A stretch of 64,000 bases of DNA, from NCBI GenBank assembly GCA_041917555.1, contig JAYRXL010000059.1, positions 132,504 to 196,503 on the forward strand. Direction: 5' to 3'. The notes beneath the pieces were generated by a model. It was not told where the DNA came from, did no database searches, and worked only from the letters and a program-made list of their open reading frames with translations. This document shows positions 39,358 through 46,473 of the stretch, in pieces (the stretch's first letter is position 1; every line of letters starts with the position of its first letter). The translations under genes were made by a program, and so were the position numbers. The stretch comes from Flavobacterium sp. (lineage in GTDB: Bacteria > Bacteroidota > Bacteroidia > Flavobacteriales > Flavobacteriaceae).

Positions 39358-40971
39358 ATGAAAAGAAGAAATTTTATAAAGCTTACTTCTACCGCAAGTG
39401 CTTCAGCGCTTTTACCCTTTGAATTGTTTAAATTAGTTGGCAAGCTCAACCTAAATCTTTGTCCGGACACTTCGGTTAGAAAAGTTGTTTTAGTTCAACT
39501 TGCCGGTGGAAACGATGGTTTAAATACATTGGTTCCTTTATCCCAATATGACCTATATGCTAATTTGCGACCCAATCTTAAACTGAATTTATCCGGTCAA
39601 AATAAAATAATTCCTTTGGATACCACTTTATCTACTGAAAATCAATATGGTTTGCATCCTGTCATGTCTGAATTTAAAAATCTTTATGACAGCGGGTACC
39701 TAAAAATCATTCAAGGTGTTGGCTATCCGAACGTAAATAAATCGCATTTCAAATCAACCGATTTGTGGCTAACCGGTGGCGATGGTTACTTCGATAATTT
39801 TTCAATGCAAAGTGGATGGTTAGGGCGTTTCATGGAAAATTATTACAGCCAAGATACTGAAAGAAACTACCCTTTGGGTTTACAAATTGGGAGTCCGAAT
39901 AAAAGTCTGCTTTTTCACAGTGAAAATAACGACAACCTTTCTTTAAATCTTAACACGAAAGATGAAAACAATTACTATTCTGTAATTCACGGTCTTGGAG
40001 GCACCCCTCCTTTGTTGGATAACAATACCGAGTATTTTGATAAAGTAAATCACATCATTTCAATAGATAATGCAACAAACACCTATTCTGAGAGTATTTC
40101 CAGCGCTTTCAATAATGGCACAAACGCTATAACTTATCCTGATACAGACTTAGCGAACCAACTAAAAACAGTAGCGCGTTTTATTGAAGGCGGACTAAAA
40201 ACAAATTTTTATTTAGTAACATTATATGGCTTTGATACTCATGACAACCAAATTCCATCTGTAAATCAGGCTCATCTCGGAAATCATGCAACGCTGTTAC
40301 AAGTGCTTTCTGATGCAATGTCAGCTTTTATGAATGATTTAAATGCACTGGGGATTGGTGAAGATGTACTTGCTTTGACTTTTTCGGAATTTGGTCGTAA
40401 AGTAAAAGAAAATGCCAATTTAGGGACAGACCATGGTGATATAGCTCCTATGTTTGTATTTGGTAAATCAATAATCCCGGGTATTATAGGGAGTGCGCCA
40501 GATCTATCTTTGGCTACCGAAGATAATAATTACCAAATTCAACATTTGCTTTACGATTACAGAAGTGTTTTTTCAACATTGCTTCAAGATTGGTTGGGTG
40601 CTAATAACCAAACTTTAAATGAGTCACTTTATGACCATCGACTTATGAGTAATTTTGCTAACACCAAAATAAATGATTTACTAAAAGCGAATAGGATAGT
40701 ACCTCCGAACTGTTATAACGAAACTCCTCTAAACTCAGGAATAAAAACCGTAGCCTATCCAAATCCATTTATAAACAGCCTCTCTATTTTAAGCGATACC
40801 GAAATTAACTCCATTATAATTTATACTATGGATGGAAAACAAGTACTTGCTGTCCAATCCGGTTTAAAATCAACAACTCTATACTTGGATTTTCTGACTC
40901 CTTCCACTTATATTTTACACTTGGAACTCAAAGACGGCAGCAAGCAATCTCATAAAATTATAAAATTATAA
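39358..40971 (+). CDS. DUF1501 family protein with Tat signal and T9SS C-terminal domain
   Basis: MKRRNFIK; LAGGNDGLNT; GFDTH; FSEFGR; GTDHG; YPNP...KIIKL. Confidence 0.92.
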   Translation: MKRRNFIKLTSTASASALLPFELFKLVGKLNLNLCPDTSVRKVVLVQLAGGNDGLNTLVPLSQYDLYANLRPNLKLNLSGQNKIIPLDTTLSTENQYGLHPVMSEFKNLYDSGYLKIIQGVGYPNVNKSHFKSTDLWLTGGDGYFDNFSMQSGWLGRFMENYYSQDTERNYPLGLQIGSPNKSLLFHSENNDNLSLNLNTKDENNYYSVIHGLGGTPPLLDNNTEYFDKVNHIISIDNATNTYSESISSAFNNGTNAITYPDTDLANQLKTVARFIEGGLKTNFYLVTLYGFDTHDNQIPSVNQAHLGNHATLLQVLSDAMSAFMNDLNALGIGEDVLALTFSEFGRKVKENANLGTDHGDIAPMFVFGKSIIPGIIGSAPDLSLATEDNNYQIQHLLYDYRSVFSTLLQDWLGANNQTLNESLYDHRLMSNFANTKINDLLKANRIVPPNCYNETPLNSGIKTVAYPNPFINSLSILSDTEINSIIIYTMDGKQVLAVQSGLKSTTLYLDFLTPSTYILHLELKDGSKQSHKIIKL

Positions 40972-41025
40972 AAGTAGTGACATAACTTACAATAATGATT
41001 TATTTTTGCAACATAAACAACACGA

Positions 41026-42177
41026 ATGAACTATTTCTCATCCGATTTTAAATTAGGCATATTGGGCGGAGGCCAACTGGGCAAAATGCTGTTGACCGAA
41101 ACCCGGAAGTTGGACATTCAAACCTTGGTTTTGGATTCGTCTGATGAAGCACCATCACGTTTTGGCTGTAATGCCTTTTACAAAGGAAGTCTGATGGATT
41201 ATGACACCGTTTACCAATTTGGAAAATTAGTTGATTTACTCACCATCGAAATCGAAAATGTTAACCTTGATGCCTTAGAGGTACTGGAAAATGAAGGCCT
41301 ACCTGTTTTCCCGTCCCCTAAAACGCTACGGCTAATTCAAAATAAAGGACGGCAAAAAGATTTTTATGTTGACAATGGCATTCCCACCGCGCCGCATCAA
41401 CGCTTTGTTGATTTGACTGCCCTGCAAAAGGCTGTTACTTCAGACACCATCGAGATGCCTTTTGTATGGAAAAGTGCGCAGTTTGGTTATGATGGCAATG
41501 GCGTAAAAATTATACGTTCCTCTATGGATTTAATTGGTTTACCCGAAGTGGAATGTATCGCTGAGCAAATGGTTCCGTTTAAAAATGAATTGGCCGTAAT
41601 CGTTGCGCGCTCCATTTCTGGCGAAGTTAAAACGTATCCTGTTGTGGAAATGGAATTCCATCCCGAAGCCAATCAGGTAGAATATGTAATTTGTCCGGCC
41701 CGAATTGATACAACTGTGCTGCAAAAAGCAACTGAAATAGCGTTGAGAGTTTCAGAATCTTTTAAGCATGTGGGCTTATTAGCCGTAGAAATGTTCCAAA
41801 CCGAAAACGACGAAATTTTGGTCAATGAGGTCGCTCCTCGCCCACACAATTCAGGTCATTACAGCATTGAAGCGAGTTACACCTCGCAGTTTGAAAACCA
41901 TTTGCGCGCTATTTTAAATTTGCCTTTGGGAAATACCAACAGTAAAGTAGCCGGCATTATGGTGAATTTGGTTGGTGAAGAAGGATTTTCCGGACCTGTG
42001 GTTTATGAAAATATTGAAAAAATAATGGCTATCGATGGCGTTACACCACATATTTACGGTAAACGCGAAACACGTCCTTTTCGAAAAATGGGACATGTAA
42101 CGATTGTGAATGAAAACATGACAGAAGCCCGAAGAATAGCCGAAGAAGTGAAGAATTGTATTAGAGTGATTAGTTAA
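41026..42177 (+). CDS. purK: N5-carboxyaminoimidazole ribonucleotide synthase
   Basis: GGGQLGKM; GYDGNG; NEVAPRPHNSGH; RKMGH. Confidence 0.96.
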   Translation: MNYFSSDFKLGILGGGQLGKMLLTETRKLDIQTLVLDSSDEAPSRFGCNAFYKGSLMDYDTVYQFGKLVDLLTIEIENVNLDALEVLENEGLPVFPSPKTLRLIQNKGRQKDFYVDNGIPTAPHQRFVDLTALQKAVTSDTIEMPFVWKSAQFGYDGNGVKIIRSSMDLIGLPEVECIAEQMVPFKNELAVIVARSISGEVKTYPVVEMEFHPEANQVEYVICPARIDTTVLQKATEIALRVSESFKHVGLLAVEMFQTENDEILVNEVAPRPHNSGHYSIEASYTSQFENHLRAILNLPLGNTNSKVAGIMVNLVGEEGFSGPVVYENIEKIMAIDGVTPHIYGKRETRPFRKMGHVTIVNENMTEARRIAEEVKNCIRVIS

Positions 42178-42187
42178 AAATTATTAT

Positions 42188-42242
42188 AAATTATGAATTT
42201 TAAATTTTGAATGAAAATCGTATCATTTAAAATTCATAATTT
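42188..42242. repeat. Perfect 18-bp AT-rich inverted repeat
   Basis: aaattatgaattttaaat (42188-42205) / atttaaaattcataattt (42225-42242). Confidence 0.9.
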
Positions 42243-42261
42243 AAAATTCAAAATAAATAAA

Positions 42262-42744
42262 ATGAAAGTAGCCATCATAATGGGGTCGGTATCCGACATG
42301 CCTGTCATGCAAGAAGCCATCGACATCCTAAAAGGATTTGACATCGAAACCGAAGTCGATATTGTTTCCGCACATCGTACGCCCGAAAAACTTGTTGATT
42401 TTAGCACCAATGCACACAAAACAGGTATTGCGGTTATTATTGCCGGTGCCGGTGGCGCTGCGCATTTGCCCGGAATGGTAGCGTCTATGAGTCCGCTTCC
42501 GGTTATTGGCGTTCCGGTAAAATCGAGTAACTCCATCGACGGTTGGGATTCGGTTTTGTCTATTTTACAAATGCCCGGTGGCGTTCCGGTAGCTACAGTT
42601 GCATTAAACGGAGCCAAAAATGCCGGAATCTTAGCGGCCCAAATCATTGGAAGTCACGATGAAAGCGTACTTGAAAAAATCATTTTATACAAAGAAAATC
42701 TGAAACAAGCCGTTTTGAAAGCTTCGGACGAATTGAAAAAATAA
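42262..42744 (+). CDS. purE: N5-CAIR mutase (start MKVAIIMGS)
   Basis: SAHRTPE; GAGGAAHLPG; QMPGGVPVATV. Confidence 0.97.
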   Translation: MKVAIIMGSVSDMPVMQEAIDILKGFDIETEVDIVSAHRTPEKLVDFSTNAHKTGIAVIIAGAGGAAHLPGMVASMSPLPVIGVPVKSSNSIDGWDSVLSILQMPGGVPVATVALNGAKNAGILAAQIIGSHDESVLEKIILYKENLKQAVLKASDELKK

Positions 42745-42751
42745 TTTTTAT

Positions 42752-42958
42752 GGGAAGCTATTTCCCGCTGTCCGCTGTATATGTCATTGCGAGCAGTGCG
42801 AAGCAATCTGTAAAAGGAATTGCCACGTTCCTCGCAACGACAGGATGCCGCTTCCATCGGGCCTGCCTGCCGGAAGGCAGGGCTAAGGGAATCCGATTTC
42901 ATAAAATAGTATAATAACTTAGAAAACAGAACGAGATTGCTTCGTTCCTCGCAATGAC
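42752..42958. repeat. Nested mosaic: scaffold repeat with GTCATTGCGAG REP-like arms and a CCTGCC mini-hairpin
   Basis: Arms at 42783-42809 (forward), about 42817-42841 (degenerate reverse) and 42934-42958 (reverse); cctgcc-ggaa-ggcagg at 42866-42881. Confidence 0.85.
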
Positions 42959-42959
42959 C

Positions 42960-44987
42960 ATGAAAATACTTACTCAAAAATTCCAAACCAAACACGAAAC
43001 TGTTCCGTTTTCGCAAATTAAATTAACCGATTACAAACCGGCTTTCGAAGCGAATATCGCCTCAGCTAAAGCTGAAATTGATGCCATTGCACACAATCCG
43101 GAACCGGCCACGTATGAAAATACCATTGTAGCGCTGGAATTTTGCGGCGAAGCACTTGACCGCCTCTCGACGTTGTTTTTCAACCTTAATTCGGCCGAAA
43201 CCAGCGACGAAATGCAACAAATCGCCCAGGAAGTTTCGCCTTTGTTAACCGCTTACAGCAACGACATTGCGCTGAATGAAGCCTTATTTTTACGGGTTAA
43301 AACCGTGTATGACCAAAAAGAAACCTTGCCTTTGAACACGGAGCAAAAAACAATGCTCGATAAAAAATTCAAGTATTTTTCCCGTAACGGTGCTCTTTTG
43401 CCCGAAAGCAAAAAAAGTCGCTTGCGCGAAATTGATACCGAACTTGCCAAACTCAAACTCACCTTTGGTGAAAATGTATTGGCCGAAACCAATAACTACC
43501 AATTACACATTACCAACGAAGCCGATTTAAAAGGTTTGCCTGATGGAACCATAGAAATGGCGCGTTCGTTAGCGCAATCAAAAGACTTAGAAGGCTGGAT
43601 TTTCACGTTAGATTTTCCAAGTTATTTACCGTTTGTAACCTATGCCGATAACCGAGAACGACGCAAAGAAATTAGTATCGCCTATGGTAAAAAAGCATTT
43701 CAAGGAAATGCTTATGACAATGTGGAGAATGTTAAAAACATTGTGCGGCTACGTCATGAGCGCGCCCAGTTATTGGGTTATGCCAGTCATGCTCATTTTG
43801 TTTTGGAAGAACGCATGGCACAACACCCCGACAAGGTAATTGCTTTTTTGAATGATTTATTGGAGAAAGCGAAACCGGCTGCCGAACGGGAATTTGCCGA
43901 ACTAACGGATTTTGCAAAAAACTTGGATGGTATTGAGCAACTCGAAAAATGGGACGCCTCGTATTACAGTGAAAAGTTAAAACAAAAGCGATACAGTTTG
44001 GATGATGAAATTTTGAAACCCTACTTTAAACTCGAAAATGTTTTGCAAGGCGCTTTTACCGTGGCAGAGAAACTATACGGGATTCGGTTTCATGAAGTGC
44101 ATGATATTGACAAATACCACGAGGATGTGACCACCTATGAAGTAATCGACATAGAAGGCACATTTGTAGCGGTTTTGTATGCTGATTTTTTCCCGCGAAA
44201 AGGCAAACGCAACGGAGCTTGGATGACATCCTACAAAAACCAATGGATTCGAGACGGATATAACAGTAGGCCACATATTTCGATTGTTTGCAATTTCACA
44301 CCTCCAACTCCTACCAAGCCTTCGTTACTTACTTTTAATGAAGTGACTACCCTTTTTCATGAATTTGGGCATGCGCTGCATGGGATGTTAGCCAATACAG
44401 AATATCCGAGTATATCGGGGACTTCGGTATATTGGGATTTTGTGGAATTACCGAGCCAAATTATGGAAAACTGGTGTTATGAACCGGAAGCCTTGGCTTT
44501 ATTTGCCAAACATTATGAAACCGGCGAAATTATACCCCAGCAGTATGTTGAAAAAATAAAAGAAAGCGCTTCCTTTTTGGAAGGCATGGCTACGTTGCGC
44601 CAGCTAAGTTTTGGGTTGTTAGATATGGCCTATCACGCAAAAATGCAAGACATTACTGACGTAAAAGCCTTTGAAAAAGAAGCCATGCAAATTGCCTCGT
44701 TATACCCTGATGTGGCCGAGAATTGCATGAGTGTTTCATTCTCCCATATTTTTCAAGGCGGCTATTCATCCGGTTATTACAGCTATAAATGGGCCGAAGT
44801 TTTGGATGCAGACGCTTTTGCTTATTTCCAAGAAAAGGGAATATTTAATCCTGAAGTCGCCGGCAAATTCAAAGACAATGTGCTCTCTAAAGGAGGCACC
44901 GAATTGCCGATGGAATTGTACAAACGCTTTAGAGGACAGGAACCAAAAGTAGAGGCATTGTTGAAAAGAGCGGGGTTGATTTCCTAA
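42960..44987 (+). CDS. M3 family peptidase (Dcp/oligopeptidase A-like)
   Basis: GKRNGAWM; TLFHEFGHALH; DFVELPSQ; YYSYKWAEVLDAD. Confidence 0.94.
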   Translation: MKILTQKFQTKHETVPFSQIKLTDYKPAFEANIASAKAEIDAIAHNPEPATYENTIVALEFCGEALDRLSTLFFNLNSAETSDEMQQIAQEVSPLLTAYSNDIALNEALFLRVKTVYDQKETLPLNTEQKTMLDKKFKYFSRNGALLPESKKSRLREIDTELAKLKLTFGENVLAETNNYQLHITNEADLKGLPDGTIEMARSLAQSKDLEGWIFTLDFPSYLPFVTYADNRERRKEISIAYGKKAFQGNAYDNVENVKNIVRLRHERAQLLGYASHAHFVLEERMAQHPDKVIAFLNDLLEKAKPAAEREFAELTDFAKNLDGIEQLEKWDASYYSEKLKQKRYSLDDEILKPYFKLENVLQGAFTVAEKLYGIRFHEVHDIDKYHEDVTTYEVIDIEGTFVAVLYADFFPRKGKRNGAWMTSYKNQWIRDGYNSRPHISIVCNFTPPTPTKPSLLTFNEVTTLFHEFGHALHGMLANTEYPSISGTSVYWDFVELPSQIMENWCYEPEALALFAKHYETGEIIPQQYVEKIKESASFLEGMATLRQLSFGLLDMAYHAKMQDITDVKAFEKEAMQIASLYPDVAENCMSVSFSHIFQGGYSSGYYSYKWAEVLDADAFAYFQEKGIFNPEVAGKFKDNVLSKGGTELPMELYKRFRGQEPKVEALLKRAGLIS

Positions 44988-44991
44988 ATGA

Positions 44992-45354
44992 TCATTGCGA
45001 GGAGGAACGACGAAGCAATCTCTAATGAAACAAGGTTTTACTTATATCATAACTAATAACAATAATACAACTTTGTATGTTGGTGTAACTTCTAATTTAC
45101 CCAAACGAATTTTAGAACACAAAGAAAAAAGATATCAAGACTCATTTTCTGCACGATATAACTTGTGCAAATTGGTATATTATGAGCAATTTCATACTAT
45201 TGTAGATGCCATTGCACGAGAAAAACAATTAAAAGCAGGTTCTAGAACAAAAAAACTGAAACTAATTGAAACTTATAATCCGGAGTGGAAGGATTTGTTT
45301 GATCACATTCAGAGTTGATTGGGAAGATTGCTTCGTCGTTCCTCCTCGCAATGA
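44992..45354. mobile_element. Candidate element: GIY-YIG gene between perfect 30-bp terminal inverted repeats
   Basis: tcattgcgaggaggaacgacgaagcaatct (44992-45021) is the exact reverse complement of 45325-45354; mobility is inferred, not shown. Confidence 0.65.
45025..45318 (+). CDS. Stand-alone GIY-YIG nuclease (97 aa)
   Basis: TYII...LYVGVTSNL..R..EH; AIAREKQLK; NPEWKDL. Confidence 0.92.
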   Translation: MKQGFTYIITNNNNTTLYVGVTSNLPKRILEHKEKRYQDSFSARYNLCKLVYYEQFHTIVDAIAREKQLKAGSRTKKLKLIETYNPEWKDLFDHIQS

Positions 45355-45390
45355 CTACTAAATTAGAAACCACATTTGAAACACTTTACC

Positions 45391-45462
45391 GCGTTAGGGA
45401 TGGCAGTGGCATCCTTTTGTGCAATGCAATGGAACAAAAGATAAAGCGAACAGCCCGACCCC
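45391..45462 (+). repeat. Uninterrupted copy of the scaffold repeat (possibly Flavo-1-like)
   Basis: gcgttagggatggcag...atccttttgt-loop-acaaaagat...agcgaacagcccgaccc. Confidence 0.7.
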
Positions 45463-45544
45463 GATGGATAAAAACAAGTGACAAACGTAGTTTTTACCAA
45501 TCGAGGGTAACGCCACAAAAAACAAACAATTTTGAGCAAAAAAA

Positions 45545-46309
45545 TTAAACAAACTTCAACAACCAAGCTATAATCGGCACACTTTCCACCCAAAAAAGGG
45601 TATAATACCTACTCCGATGGGCATCGGCATGATGTATAAAAACCAGCATTAATATGCCAATTGGAATCACGCTAAGCGTAGTAGTTGACTTAAAAAATTC
45701 GATAATCACATAGCCTAAAACAGCCATTACACCAAACATTTTCGACTTATTTTCGCCCAACAGCCGAGGAAGTGTTTGCATTGAACTGGCGTCTGTAGCG
45801 GTATCATAAATTTCAAAGGGAATCATCAGGGCAAACAGCCAAAGAACCCGCTGTAAAAGTTCCAAAAATAGTCCCTTGTCATGCCCGCTCATGACCAGAG
45901 GTATCCCCAAGGTGACCCAAGTAACGGCCAAAATAACCAAAACCAACTTAATCCATCCATGGTTGCGAGTAAACGGGTACACGGCTATCAACAAACCAAC
46001 GCCGGCCAACGCATACTGAATCTGAGGTGCCAACTGTATTCCGTAATAAATAAAACCGCCAAGGGCGGCAAGTGTTACCAATACAATTACTCCATGTTTT
46101 GCGATGGAAAAAGTTTTGTGAGGAATATGCGCGACATACTTCAAAAAATTATATCCTACCATCGTTCCCAAAAAAACAACCTGCCCATACAACCGGCCTT
46201 GAGCCATTTGATCAAAAGCAGGAGTCAGTAACACAAAGCAAAGTACCGCCAAACCAACATGCAGGGATGCGTCGAGGTAAAAATCGAAAAGGCGTTCCAG
46301 TACTTTCAT
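45545..46309 (-). CDS. Integral membrane protein, UbiA-prenyltransferase-like
   Basis: Multiple TM helices; GYNFLKY; IPFEIYD...D...QTLP. Confidence 0.6.
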   Translation of the reverse strand: MKVLERLFDFYLDASLHVGLAVLCFVLLTPAFDQMAQGRLYGQVVFLGTMVGYNFLKYVAHIPHKTFSIAKHGVIVLVTLAALGGFIYYGIQLAPQIQYALAGVGLLIAVYPFTRNHGWIKLVLVILAVTWVTLGIPLVMSGHDKGLFLELLQRVLWLFALMIPFEIYDTATDASSMQTLPRLLGENKSKMFGVMAVLGYVIIEFFKSTTTLSVIPIGILMLVFIHHADAHRSRYYTLFWVESVPIIAWLLKFV

Positions 46310-46407
46310 TCCTCAAAAATAAATATAATGTTAATAAAGTGGCTTTTTGGTTAAAAAAATATCAAAACATTAGCAGTTGTTCCCATAAAAAATAGGAGTT
46401 TAATAAT

Positions 46408-46415
46408 TACATTTG
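46408..46415 (+). promoter_or_regulatory. -7 element for gcvP
   Basis: TACATTTG 58 bp upstream of the ATG. Confidence 0.6.
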
Positions 46416-46473
46416 TTGGCAGTTTTTTAAACCCAATAACACAACTAAACTCAATAAAAAGATTCTTTTTTTA

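Noticed and set aside
42654-43016. 120-aa minus-strand ORF; likewise 45315-45548, 45363-45593, 8133-8351, 4298-4573 and 23117-23320
   Set aside because: They are read through GC-richer palindromic repeats, overlap real genes and have no protein motif.
44992-45354. Classical IS element
   Set aside because: No DDE, HUH or serine-recombinase motif and no clear target-site duplication; kept only as a non-canonical candidate.
46310-46473. Glycine riboswitch upstream of gcvP
   Set aside because: The predicted leader is only about 55 nt, AT-rich, and lacks aptamer motifs.
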